From: Chrysomallon squamiferum
Taxonomy: Eukaryota > Animalia > Mollusca
Assembly (NCBI GenBank): GCA_012295275.1
Contig: CM022679.1
Span: 18,848,001-18,912,000, forward strand
Direction of reading: 5' to 3'
Length of the DNA stretch: 64,000 nt
In this document: one piece after another, positions 11,257 to 24,690 of the stretch
Layout: each line of letters begins with the position of its first letter
How positions within the stretch are numbered: position 1 is the first letter of the stretch
The notes under the pieces: model-generated
Told to the model about the DNA's origin: nothing
The model's database searches: none
What the model saw: the letters and a program-made list of their open reading frames with translations, nothing else
Position numbers and translations under genes: made by a program

Positions 11257-14200
11257 TTATTCAATCTCCAAATCTGTGATGTAATCAGTATAGATGATTG
11301 TGTGAATCCACTCTACATAATTGGCCACTTTGGTATACACACCTGGTCTCATAGGCTTTGCACAACCATTATGCCCAGCATCACCCCAAGAAGTAATTCC
11401 TTCAAAAAACAACAAAACATGCAAAATAAAATTGGAATTTTTAGAGATGAAAATTGGCTGGCATAAGTTAATTCTTAAAATCATGAATCATTATAGCTAA
11501 GCACTCTAATAATGTCTAAGCAATGTTTAAATTCCTGTCAGTAAGTAGCAGCTGTATGTGCTGCTTTGTAAAAAAAAAAAAAAAACCCAAACAACATAAG
11601 TGATTAAAAAAAATGAATAAATAATGTCACTAATAATAATACAAAATTATTGAAATAAATTAAATGTTGCTTACCTGTTACATACCATCTTCCTCCATAT
11701 CTGCACTGAAGAGGTCCACCGCTATCAGCCTGAAAACACAATTCTCTGTTTTGAGTGTATAGGAAGGCAAATGTTTTAAATAATTGAACAATAACTCAAT
11801 GTTTTCTCACTGGTTTTTATCATTAATATTATGATGAAATGTGAATATATCCATTATTTATAAAGAGATAGTGTTGTTAATGCTAAAATACAGATTAGGT
11901 GTTTTTTAGAGGGGTTCAGTATCACCATTTTGAGTGATTACATACAAGACTATGATAAGTTGTTATGCAGCCTTTTGTTTTGTCTATTATAATTGTTTTA
12001 CACAAATGTGTCCTGGTGGAACACGGTTTAAGGTAAAAATCTACCAAAAGCTACATTTTTGAAATGTCAGTGACTACCTGAATATTACAATTATGTTCTG
12101 CTTGCCTAGATGATACCAGCTTGAAGTATAATTTTAAATGGAAACAATAAAATTAATAATCTTGAAAAATATAATTTTAATTTTATTGTTTAGTTTTCAT
12201 GCTTTATAAACAGCAACTGATCAGAAAATTAGTTCAGTTTTCCAAACAGAGAATTATGGTTTATATAGGATAATTTTAGTGACAAAATGTGGGAAATTGG
12301 TTCAGTTTATAAAGAAGTCTTGTGTTTGCTGTAATTATAATGAACTGACACCTTTAAAAAATTAATTTAATATACAGTGGTACCTCAAGTTTTTAGTGCT
12401 TCAAGTTTTTTGAGTTACAACCAGTTGCCCACTGTATACTGTTTTACAAACCATTTTCTAAAACTCATAAAGTTAAGACTTTTCAGTACAACAGTACCTG
12501 ATGGTAATTTTTAATTATTATGAAAAAAAATCATGATTTTAAAATAATTATTTCTTTATATAGGTGATTCTGCTTGAAAATACAGATTCTGTACTTACAG
12601 CACAGGCATCTACCTTGCCCACTTTGTAGCCAGCACATACCATGTTGCTAGTTATCAGTGACTGGTATCCAGGAAAGGTGCTGCATGTGATGTTATTGTA
12701 CACAGGAACAACTGCCTGCTGCAGAAGGTCTGGAAAGCTCAGGCTGTGGCCTACAACTGAACAAGATTGTATTTATAATGGTCCAGTTCAAAAAATAACA
12801 TTTTGAAACAGTACTTCCTTTTCTGTACTAACCACTGACTAAAGGATACAGAATAGTGACAACTTTTATTTATGTGTATGTCTTTGACAAATTTAATTCA
12901 ATATATTCTGGAGAATATGACACCACCTTTCATTGCAGAATCATTTACTGACTGCAACAAGGATTATTGGATAGTTTATTTAATTTCAAATATGTATTTG
13001 TAAAAACAAAAAAAAATAAAACTAATTAGTACCTTGCTTCCTAATTTTAGTGTTTTTGTGTCCAATAAATTTTGAAATGGTTTATATTAATGGCTTTGAA
13101 ATAATTTTTTCCACAAGTAATAACTCACTGGCTGTTGCTCCCCAGCCTGAAATGATACACCGTTCCCTGGTTGTTGCTTCCATGTTCTTGTTTGGTAAAC
13201 ATATTGGTGTCACCCATTTGTTAAATTGCACAGGTCTATCTAATTTGATCAAAGCCAGGTCATTATCTGAAGGAACTTGGTGTGATGATGCAGATAAAAT
13301 CTGAAATAGTTGTTAAAAACATTGTCAGTCAAAGTGAAAAGAGGCAGATAACTTGACATAATCATTAAACATTTTATTGAATATATTTATAAGGAAAAGC
13401 AGATCAACGGTGTCTATGCCTGTGCATTCTAGCATGTTAATTTTTTCTTTTGCTGGGGTTAAATCACATTAAATCTTTATTTTTCAAATTGCAAGATTAT
13501 TGTACTGTTTTATTAGCATGATTGGCCCTGAAGTATAGACAATGTAATGAAGTAATTATTTCATTGTTCTGTAAAGTAAGTGAAAGATAACTACTTTTAT
13601 AATATTTGCTAATGATTCATTCTTGCTTAGACATTTCTTAACCATCATTATTTTATATTACATACTTACCTGTTGGACTGGAAATTTTGAATGCACAAAC
13701 AAACTCTGTATACTAAATACTTGTTCAGTTACTTCAACTGGAGCTGAAATGTTGTACCGGCCTAACTCCACTGACCAACTACCTGCAATATCTTGTTTAG
13801 CAAATGGAACACTGAAAGTAAATATTTGACATTTTGTTGGATTATAGGATATTATGAAATCTTATGAAATAATGCATTATTTTCAGTTTGAAAGCAATAC
13901 ATGTATGTGGCCACACCCAACAGCAGATTATTTTTATTCATTTCACTATGTGTCACGCCAGACTTTAATAATCATGACACACCAGATATGTGAAAATGCA
14001 GCCAAACTGGAATAGAAACTGATTGTACTATAATGCTGCATTTCGAACTTCTCTGAATCTTTTCAAACTACAGCTAAATGTAGTTCCATTGCATAGCTTA
14101 TTTATAAGTGTTACATAGCAGTTAGGAGACAAACCATTTAATGCAAGACACATTGTCACAAAGCAGGTCACTAAATGGCTTTCAGTCTTTGCCAAACCTC

Positions 14201-17200
14201 AGAAAAGAGGAGTGCCACATGATTACATCCTGTTGAGTGCATATATAAGTATATATTTGTTTTTTATCAGCAAAGTCAAAAATGATCAATCTAAAGAAGA
14301 GTATCAATAAATTTTAAATTTCAAAATGTTCTTAAATGTTATGCTATTTTTATTTAAGTAGTTTATCATGTTATTTCTTGTTTTCGATAGTTTTCAATAT
14401 AGATTTTCACACTACGCATAACATAGTGTTAAACAATGCAGGCTGCATTACAAATATATGCATGTTTTTTATTTATTTTCAAGAAGAATATTTTGTTTGA
14501 TGACACCATTAGAATACAGTAATTAGATTTCTACTGTTGCTATTGGTTGTTAAATGCAGATATGCAACCTATTTTAAGTTATTTTCTTTATATGAACTCG
14601 GTGGAAATAACCCACTTTTTCTACTGAAAAGGTTGATAATTCCATTAATCAGGATTATTAAGAGTTGACCCAGCACAGTAATTATGAAACAGCAGCCCTC
14701 TGCTAAAGAGAAGAGATATATATATACTCACGCGTACAGACAGTGAGCTGCAGTGAGCACCCACTGGTCAGAAATCAGCTCACCACCACACCAATGTTGT
14801 TTGAAAGGTATGTACTTGAGTGAAACCTAGAACAAATTCAACAGAAATATGTTGCTTTCTTTCGCTTGTCAGATTTGTCAAATAAAACATTTTTCCTTAT
14901 AATCAAGTAAAAATAAATAAATAAAAATGTTGAAAAAACACAATGTTTGATTTACAATTTTATATCTTCACTGATAGTAACAAAAACAGAATAACATTGA
15001 GTAAAAGTTCTTCAAACAAGGATAGGCCTGAACTACATTGACTTATGAGTTTTCTGAGTTATGAACCATCACCCGGTTTGAATTGCGAGCCAAAATCTGA
15101 GTTACAAGCGAGTTTCAGATATGTTGCCACTAGTTGGTGCAACAAACAACACTACATCCAGCCAGCATCCCATGTCTCACTTGTTTATTTCACGTGGTTA
15201 CATCGCTGCAGAAGCATGTCTGTTAGATTGTGCTCGCCAAATTTATTTTTTATGACCTCAATGCCTAAGAAAGTGAGTGCAAAGGACAGTGCTGAGAACA
15301 AGAAGCTGATGATGTCCATTGAATTAAAGCATGAAATCATAGAAAAACATGAACAAATTAGTTGACTTGGCTAGCCAGTATGAACATAGTACTTCTATGA
15401 TATGTACCATACTGAACAGGAAAGGAGTTGATAAAGCCTGTAACTCCAGCCAAAGGCATTAAAATAATTTGTCTGATCTCCAAGATAAATACACTTTACA
15501 AAACCAATTTATTTCTTTACATTTTCTTTTATTTTGTTTTGTTACAATATTTCTCATTTATAAATACATTTTTCTTATTTAAAAACACACTACAAAAAAC
15601 TGGGGGGGCTGGAATGGATTAATTGTATTTCAATTAATTTCCAGTTGGGAAAATTGATCTGATATACAAGCAAATTGAGTTACGAGCTGGGTCACGGAAC
15701 AAATTAATTCGTAAGTCAAGGTAACTATCACTATATATATCTTTGAACTATCCTTAAGCTGAAAAGAAATGTTTTTCTTTATAAAGAACATTCGAAAAAG
15801 AGGTACTCAAAAGTGATTTTTTGTTTTTGAAATATAAGGTTGAAATATTTTAATTATAGATCTCTTTATCCTGATTTCAGTGATAAAAAATTTAAAGTTG
15901 TCAGTCAATAATTAAAAGGTTATGAATTTTTTAATATTTAAATTGTTTTCAGCTAATAAAATACATTTATGAATTAAATATTCTGAAATATTTATTTTTA
16001 GAAGTTTTATCTTTTTATGTGATAGCAGGGTTCAAAGCACTTTTCTGTGAGAGAATGTTAATGCTAACACAAAAACTGGATGGATACTACTTACAAAGGT
16101 TACAACTTTGGTGATGTGAATGCAAATGTAGCAGATACAGAATTTCACTTGGATAAGATTTTAGAAGTGACTTTTGAATACATGTTTCTCAGAAACTGTT
16201 TGAATGTGAATATGGATATCATGAAGCAAATGTAAAACCAAAGTGGAGACTCAATAAGGAAATCTGAACTGATTATGTATGTAGTATGGTCTGATCCAAG
16301 TTTCAGACATAACAAAATTAATTTTACCCACTAACACTATCTAAACACATTTATTCCATCATATTTCCAATACTGTTTCAAATGCATTACCACAACGAAA
16401 GAAAAATTAAATAAAATGGTAAATACTCCAGAATAAAGCACATTGAGGCTATTTTATTGTCACAACAGTTGAGAAACTTAAGTCACATGAAACTGACTTT
16501 TATTTATTTTTTATTTTTTATTTTTCTGGCAACAGAAATAAATAAATCTTCACAGATTTTGTGCTGAAGGCCTTTAACACACAGTCTGTAACTAACTTGC
16601 TGAAAAGTGATGTGCCTTTATAACTTTGATGAGGTGGAGGCAGAGTGAAACTATGTATATCATATAACTGATTTCACTATCATTTCAACCCTGATTTAAT
16701 CACTTAAAAATGGTTCAGTTGACATCTTAAGAAAAGAATTATCATTTTGCTCCCAACAATAATCTTTAAACAAAATTCAAGAGGTTCTGGTTGTGGAGAA
16801 TCAGTTTCATCAGTTGCTTGCTGCTTTGGGATTGAACTGGCTTCAAGGGCCATAACATTATGCGTGGTTGAATTATTAAAATTACTTATTGCCTTTATAT
16901 TTGTTAGTCATTCTGTTACATTATTCTGTAAATAAGAAGCAGGCTGTATAAACCAGGCATGTCAAACATGTGGCCCACAGACTGTAAAAACATTTCTACA
17001 GAATGAGCTTGTTTTATCTTTGTAAAATATTTTTTTTTCTTTGTGTCCATGAATGTTGCAAAATTGCTAAAACACTTGTATGCACATCTGTATTATAGAT
17101 TAAACAAAGTGCAGATGCAACAAATATAAGTTGATTATGATGCATACTCAAATTTTCTTATGTTGCCCTAGGTAAGACTTGAGTTTGACACCCCTGATTT

Positions 17201-18782
17201 AAACAATGTGTTCTAACATTGACTGTTTTTGACATCGTAATTAAACAAATAAACATGTTAAATTGTTGTTTATATTTATTACTTATCTGTAACTTATAGG
17301 TAAATATGGGGTAATAATCTCCACTCTACTCATTATGGCAAGAATGGTCTTTATTTGAAATTTACTTACAGTGAAACATTGTGCAAAACACATTAGTAAA
17401 CTCATATTCATAAATAAGTAACTGAAGTAAATAAAATAGTTTTATTTAATTGTAAATTTAGAGAGAAACTTTGTAAGTTCAGTTCATTTACCATTTATAA
17501 TTTTTTTGTTTTGATTTCTTTAAAAATATTGTTAAAAAAATAAAAGAAATTTAATAATAAAAATAAAATAATAATAAAGTAGCAAGACAACATTCCTTAT
17601 TTTTCCCCATTCAGCATTCAATACTGACCATCCATGGCCAACTGCCACGTGTTGCTGTAGATCCTCCAACAATTCTTGGCCCTATCAGACGTGGTTGTAC
17701 TTCTTGTTGTCCACAGTTTACAACATCACTTTCCCATTTTGTGATGAAGTCTTCAAATGTTACAATATTTGTGCTACTCGTTGGTACTGGCCTATAAAGT
17801 GGCCACATTGGATGAGGCCGCCACGGAGGAAAAGGCAGGACTGGATGCAGTGGATGAAACTGTGGTTTATCAAGATTCTTTTCTATCAAGTTTAGCATCC
17901 ACTGTTGTATTTTCTGATGACTATCAAATCTGTGTGTGTTGTAAAATTGATGAAGATTCCAATTCCTAGCATCATTAATTGCTTTCAAATTGTTGTGTTC
18001 TAAATCTGAAAGATTTATTTAACAATTTTTGTATAATCCATTCTCAGGAATTATAACTCTGAATTATATATATTGTATCTGTGCAAACTGTTAAGAGCAA
18101 TGGATCTTCAAATATACATTCTCATAAACTGTGCACAGAGTTCTATCTGCTGCTGCAATGTTATCTACAGCAAAGCTTTACACACAAACTCATGTAATTG
18201 TCTCATTCTGTTATACAATGCTTTTGAAATATATATATATATATATATTTATAAAATGTGTGGAATAAAACAAACTGTTATGCTTAATGAATTAAAGTTT
18301 TGCTATAGATAACATTGCAGGAGCAGATAGAACTTACTGAATAGAACAGTGTAAAATGTGAAGAGTTTTTCTGTGCACAGTTTATGAGAATGTATATTTG
18401 AAGATCCATTGCTCTTACCATTTTGCATTAAATTCTCAGGAGAATTGGTTATGTTATATCAGTTGTTAATAATAAAAATAATAATCCCAGATAAAACAAT
18501 AATAATCAGAAAAAGAATATGTTTCAGACCAAAGAACAATATTGTACTCCTATTCAAAAAGTGGAATGGAGATGCTTCCACATTCCTGCTCCAGTGAAAT
18601 AGTGACCATGTTGATAATTCATTATTCAAACTAACAAAAACGTAATATCATTATTAAATATTAACACAGTTCTACAAATAAATAAATAAATAAATGCAAT
18701 TTTTGTTACAAAACATCTTACCTTTGCTGTAACTGTTTGATGTTAACAGAAATATCAAACTATAAACACATACAGATTTCAT
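11257..18782 (-). CDS. Secreted trypsin-like serine protease (peptidase S1A) zymogen, 8 exons
   Basis: Exons in transcript order: 18782-18722 (signal peptide [19 protein letters not shown]), 18005-17629, 14826-14732, 13811-13670, 13300-13129, 12750-12599, 11729-11675, 11399-11257. Motifs: NCG...PR|IVGG activation site, WPWM, HWCGG, LTAAHC (His57), NDLALIKL (Asp102), ICLP, ISGWG, MVCAG, DAC-AA-DSGGP (Asp189, Ser195), GITSWG, PGVYTKV. Confidence 0.93.
12375..12430. mobile_element. Tigger/pogo terminal fragment
   Basis: TA|CAGTGGTACCTC...GAGTTACAA is the typical Tigger TIR start after a TA target; partner end not found. Confidence 0.45.
15034..15723 (+). mobile_element. Internally deleted pogo/Tigger DNA transposon in protease intron 2
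   Basis: Degenerate inverted ends TACATTGACTTATGA (15034) / TCGTAAGTCAAGGTA (15709-15723), 13/15 match. Broken transposase N-terminus [32 protein letters not shown] / [18 protein letters not shown] (CENP-B-type HTH) at 15261-15420. Confidence 0.82.
16730..16860 (+). mobile_element. Possible degenerate pogo-type HTH remnant
   Basis: Peptide [14 protein letters not shown] resembles the helix-turn-helix of pogo/Tigger transposases; no TIRs identified. Confidence 0.3.
16954..17196. mobile_element. hAT (Charlie-like) MITE, 243 bp
   Basis: TIRs CAGGCATGTCAAAC / GTTTGACACCCCTG; flanking 8-mers GTATAAAC and ATTTAAAC (6/8 identical) fit a decayed 8-bp TSD. Confidence 0.75.
18082..18427. repeat. Long inverted repeat (foldback / MITE-like) in protease intron 1
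   Basis: Outer arm TAAGAGCAATGGATCTTCAAATATACATTCTCATAAACTGTGCACAGA has its reverse complement at about 18370-18418. Inner arm AGTTCTATCTGCTGCTGCAATGTTATCTACAGCAAA pairs with about 18298-18334. Confidence 0.88.
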
Positions 18783-20190
18783 CTTGAAAATAGTTTAAAT
18801 CATAAACATTGATAAAATGTTTATTCTTAAACTCAGTGATTTTGATAAGAGCTACTAGCAATGCAGTTGTTTAGAATTTTCTATAAAAGACCTCAAAGTG
18901 CATGTTTATATATATATATATATATATAAATTTGAAAAAATAAAAAAAATAAAAAAAATAATGAACTTTGAATGGGCGATTATTTTTATTGGTTGGGGAA
19001 TGAATTGTGAAGAATGTCAGTTATGTGTCACTTGTGTTTGCATTGCCAGGGTGGCTCATTATGAAATGTTAAACTGATCCCCATAATCAGAAGGCAGTGG
19101 TAGAGATTACCCAAGCTCCAAGGGCAAGTAATGCTAGACAGGTTTGGCTTGGATTAACTACAAGTAAATGTACAAAGATTGTTTCTAAAAATAGATCAAA
19201 CACTATATTTCAAATTGTAAAAAATGATTTAGGACTTTTTGTTTTTGTCTTACGTCACTGTGAATGAAGTCTAAACGTGAATTATCTTCTGTTTTCAGTG
19301 AATAATAATAACAAACTATATGGTAGCACAGATGTATGGAATGCATTTCAGCAGATAACCAAAATTTAACTGCACGGACAAATGTTTGTTTTAAAAAATA
19401 ATGAATTAAATATATTTTACATTTTTGTTTGTTTGACAGAAAAGCATTTACCTAAAACTTGTATTCTTATTATTCTCAGTGAGAATAAAGAATATGCATT
19501 CAAACATTTACATTTAAATTAAATCTTTTACCACCCAGTGATAGCTAAAATACAGATTATCAAGTAATTGATGGACTAGTTGAGCTATTTTCAATTCCAG
19601 CCTGTAACAAAGGCCACTTTTATGTACTATCAGTGTGTACCATTATGCATACAAAAAATGATTAAAAGTGAAAAAAAATTGTCATTACAATTCAACCACT
19701 TTATTACAAAATGACAATTCTGCCTTTGTTTTCTTCTTTTTAAGTCAGAAAAAGGATCAAAAATATTTTTCATATATAATTAAAGCATAATATAATGCAC
19801 TGTGTGGAAAACATTAACTTCTTTGAACTTAATCATTATCTATAACACTGATACATTTTGCTTCTGAAAATTCAGAGGTTCAAGAAAGTATGTGTATAAG
19901 CTTGAATGAAACCACATTAACACACACTATTAAACTTATGAACTTTATGAATGTACTCATTTTATTGCTTATTTAAAAATTAAGATATATGTGTAGATAT
20001 ATTTTCAGTTAAGAAAAAAATAACAAAAGAAAAGATCATCATTTCTCATATACTTTATTAAATTATTGTAAAGTTTAGAGTAATGAAATAAGAACCAGAT
20101 GTTATCGCTCTCTTTTTAAAATATTTCATAATACATTCTAAGGCATATTACAAAAACAAAAACATTTTTTTAATAATCATTAAATAAATA

Positions 20191-23100
20191 TCATGCTTTC
20201 CAAAGCTGTAATGAATGATCATAGAAAGAACATGTTGCAATAATGAAAGGTGACTGTCTGATTTTGCTATCAGTTATTGTAGGAATGTCTGCCTTCTCAA
20301 CATCATTTCCTGATTTCTTGTCATCACATTTTATGTTATGGTTGGGATTTTTAAAATCCTTTAAAACTTCAGCATTTGTTGTCAGACCATGATGTTTAAC
20401 ATTCTCAGAGTTTAGCGAACACCAGTCAGCACCATATCCCAGTTTGACATCACTGGAATAATGTGTGTAAATTAGAAGAGGATCTTTGCCTGAAAATTGA
20501 AAGGAAAATAATGTTATTTTAAAATATAAACAGAACATTAAAATATTATTGTGTTTGAAAAATTGAAATCTCTTTGAGTGTGGTTGTATGTCTGTAATTC
20601 ATTTGAAATCAGCACTATATATATATATATATATAGTGTTGATTTCAAATGAATTACAAAATTTTCATACGGTGTTGACATTTTCAAGGGTAGATAACAT
20701 AAAATTATTAACGAGTAATAAAAATGACACTGATGAAGTAAAACCAAAGAAAGCAAACATCCATCTGCAATTTCACAAAATTAAATGTTGATATTATCAA
20801 GATTAATATAAATGTAATAATGATGACAATGATGATGATTATACCAGGTTTTGAACAGTCAACAATGTGAAATCCATTGTACATTGTGGCAGTGAGCACC
20901 TTCTCCCCATTAAATGGATCCCATTTGACTCGCCAAATACCTCCTCCAAGAATCAGTGTTGAAATGGGTGCATGCATGGTTCTTGTATCATATATGTATA
21001 AATTTTCATCATAACTATAAATAATAATAGAAAGAATTAATAATGGATTGGACATAATAAAGGATTAATGAACAGAATCTCACTTCATAAAACATATCTC
21101 ATTACAATCAGATATTGATATTGATTACTTTTCTTTAATGAAAAGAATATCTTATTACCTTCCAACAGCAAGGAGATGTTCTTTACATGGATTGCTTTGA
21201 ATGCTGCAAACTCCCATCTTAGCCCTAAAGTAACATTAAAGATACATATTGGTATATATACATTAAACAGATTAATATTAGACACTTCATGAATGCTTAA
21301 AACATCAATTCCCGTTGAACACTTAGAATTTATATATGAGTAATATAGATAGTACAGGAAAAACATATGAGGTATCTGTTAAAGAAAATGAGGTATATAA
21401 GATCCACATTTGTTTTGTATTTCCTGTAACCTGTTGCTGTGCATCATCACTATGACAGAAACAACAACTTGATTGCTGTTTGTTTTATATGCACTCTAGT
21501 ATTGTTAACTGGGCTGAATTTCTGAAATAGACATTTCAAGAACAATGAAATATGATTTTCAGGAATAGGCTGCATACCACGCATGCATTACAATGCTATT
21601 ATATCAAAACAAACCAGTTTGAAAATTTTAAATAAATACATAATGTATAGTTTCCTCTCAAAGCTGCATTTATCAGTGACTGATATTAATCCTCTGCCTA
21701 TCAATGGATTAAACCAATAGTTTAAAAATATTTTCTTTCATCTTTCTTGTCATTTGTTTTTGGTTTATTTAATTTTTTTTCTTTCTAGTATTTTATTTTT
21801 ACACCCATTATATTTCTGCTTAAATTAAAAGAAAGAATAATATAATTATTTGAATCAAATTAGTGCTTCATTAATGACTAAAATGGGTTGAATGAGGTAA
21901 ATGAACTACACTGTATTATCAGAAAATGACTTTTAAAATTGTATCAATTTATAAAATGTAATTTGATCTAGCACATTTACAGATAATCAAGTTATTAAGT
22001 GAGAGAAAATTATGTTTTTACTTTGTTTAGTGAAATAGATAATAAATCTGCATTTTTACAAACATATTTAAAGAAATTAATGCTTACAGGAAGAAAATAA
22101 ACAACTACTGTATTAAAATATAGTTTTATATAAATTATATTGGATGGCACATAAACAGTGTTTTGGGGGATGTTACTTTTGTTGTGTAAGATTTCTTCTT
22201 ATTTTTATCACTTTTCAAAAATATATCCTAGATAAATATTCATTCATCACTTTTGAAAGTTATTTAAAAGATATTCTATTGTACCTTAAAAATTATTTAG
22301 CCTGCCTTCTGTATAAATAATGGGCTTGACTAAATTTGTAAGCAAATGATTGTTGCTACAAATAATTTCACTTTATGAGGACAAATAAGACAATAACTTG
22401 GAATATGCAGAAAATGTGTTTACTTGTTCACTTTTTTAAGCAAAGAAACACTGGTGTGAGTGCAGTTTAATCATGTTTCTTTTATTTCTGTTGGTTTTTT
22501 TTTTAATCTCACATAAGTCACTATGATAAGAAAGTAAAGGTGTGGCTGATAAATCTAAATACACAAACACATGATGTGTATAAAAGATTCCATGTACACC
22601 TATGATTAAGTTATTTGCCAAGAACAACATTAGTCAAGCTTAAAGGATTAAAATCTAAAACTAGTATCAGATAAAACAAACACAGGGTTAGATTTTACAG
22701 GGAAGTACTAAAAATGTCTATAGATATACTGTTAACGTTATTTTGTCCTGTTTTTAGATTATTTTAATCCTTTTAAGCATTATATTTTCAAAAATCTCAT
22801 AAACACACATACAAAAGCTCTGCTTATTACAGTTTCAAAGAATAATAAATCAAAGCATTTTTTTCAGTAAAAAAATAATAAACTGCCAAGATAGTACATT
22901 ACATTTTATTATCTACAAAGATACATAAAAATACTTGTGTACATGTTAAATTGAGCTAGTTATCTCAAAGTGTTAACATTTTTGGAGTATTTAAATTTTG
23001 ACTTTTTACTTATTATTTTACTTAAAGAGGTATTTCTGGAATGGCACTAAAATCATTACATTTACAAAAATGAACAAGTTTGCTAGTAATTTCCAGATAG

Positions 23101-24690
23101 ATATGTTACTAATGTAGACAGTCTAATGAATGTGGGTGGTTATGTATGTATGTGTGTATGAATTAAAAGGCTACATCAAAATGTAAACAGAACTGTAATT
23201 TGTTAACACCGTTTCACAGACTGGTGTCTTATTGAGCTGACAAGAAAGGTATTAGTTGGTATAAAACAGAAATAAGTTATATTTACAGCAATAACACACT
23301 TTTAATATTCTTGTTTCTATAAAGTATGTTTATATTACAATTATGTTTTGATAAATAATCATTTTTTGTTTTAATGTTAGTCAATAAATATAATCAATAC
23401 TGCCATTTATTTGAAAATTTAGACATGTTAGAGTGAAGAAAAAAAAAAATAGACAAAACATAATACAAAAATAAAACATATAAATTTAATAGTAATACTA
23501 ATAGTGAAAATTTTATTTCAAATTATTAGCAAGATCTAATCACTGGAATTATTTATCTATAAATTAATAAAGATTCCATACTGCTGAGTACAAATTAGTG
23601 TCCCTTTTTTTTAATGATATACATATTACCTTTTATTGGTAAAGACAAGTGACTTCTGACCACCTCTGACATCCCAGCATTTTAATGTGCTATCATCACT
23701 CCCTAGTTTTAAAACAATTAACATAGAGCATCAAGTGAGATATGTTGTCTTTTACACAATTTAAAGTAATTCTTTTAAATTTAAAATTATTACAATTATT
23801 TCACAATGCCTTCTTTGAAAAAAAAGAAAAGAAAAAGAAAATAAAAATAAATCAATAAATCAATAAATAAATATAGAACTATATACCTGAATAAATGACA
23901 CTATCATTCCAGTGGTCAAATGCACAAATCCAAGCTTCATAATCATGAGCTTTCCATTTGCTTGCTACACTGAGATTACTTCCTACCTTGAACATGGTCA
24001 GTAAACCAGTGGAATCGGATGCTATTATACTGTGACACAAAGCAGAGAAATAAAAGCTGGTATTAACATGTTTATATTAATTCATTTATGTTGTGAAACA
24101 CATGATAGTCAAATTTTATATTAATAATTAAGTGAAACAAATTTCAGACTTCAGATAGTTAATTTCAAAATGTAATATTATTAATCTGTTTCTTTCTTTT
24201 CAGAATTAAAAAAACATGAATGCAAAATGTAAAAAAGTGCAAACCTAGTTGGTTCCTGGCAAGACCAATCTAAAGACAAACCAAGACAAGGCTCTCCCAG
24301 ATTTGCAGAACATACTTTCAACATACCATTCTTATCAGAAAACCCCCAGAGTTGCAAGTCTCCTACAGCATCGACCAGAGCAAAAGAAGGATAATCACTG
24401 TTTTTATCATGACACCATTTAATGTCAAGTATCCCATGCATATGTTTCTCTTCTTCAAGACTGAGCCTAGCATGCCCCACTTCCAATCCTGACAAGCTGT
24501 AGCTCTGAAGTGTTCCAATTCGGACAACATTACAAGCACCCCTTTCTTCTTTTTTATGCTCCTGAAGCTGATAGGTACCACACAAAAGAATGTTCTCCTT
24601 ACCAACAGCTGGACACCATTCAGTAGAGTCAGCACATAATTTAGTGTCAATTCTTTGGAGGAGCTCAGGTTCCTTCACTTGATTATCCAT
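20191..24690 (-). CDS. DPH7: Diphthine methyl ester hydrolase DPH7 (WDR85, WD40 repeat), 6 coding exons
   Basis: Exons 24690-24245, 24029-23887, 23702-23630, 21224-21159, 21014-20845, 20489-20191, all GT-AG and in phase. Family motifs ADSTEWCP, LLCGTYQL, ILDIKW, LSLDW, WKAHDYEAWICAFD, YSGSDD, MGVCSIQSNP, VGSYDE, GGGIWRVKW, MYNGF, YGADW, ATCSFYDHSLQLW. Confidence 0.94.
20593..20658. repeat. 66-bp near-perfect palindrome centred on (TA)n in DPH7 intron 5
   Basis: TGTAATTCATTTGAAATCAGCAC-(TA)n-GTGTTGATTTCAAATGAATTACA, one mismatch. Confidence 0.9.

Noticed and set aside
12750-12756. Two in-frame acceptors 6 nt apart at protease exon 6
   Set aside because: Both keep the frame and differ by 2 aa in a variable loop; this cannot be resolved from sequence and is a common arrangement.
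21440-21455. C-box-like GTGATGA (minus strand) in DPH7 intron 3
   Set aside because: No D box (CTGA) or terminal stem at a suitable distance, so no C/D snoRNA call.
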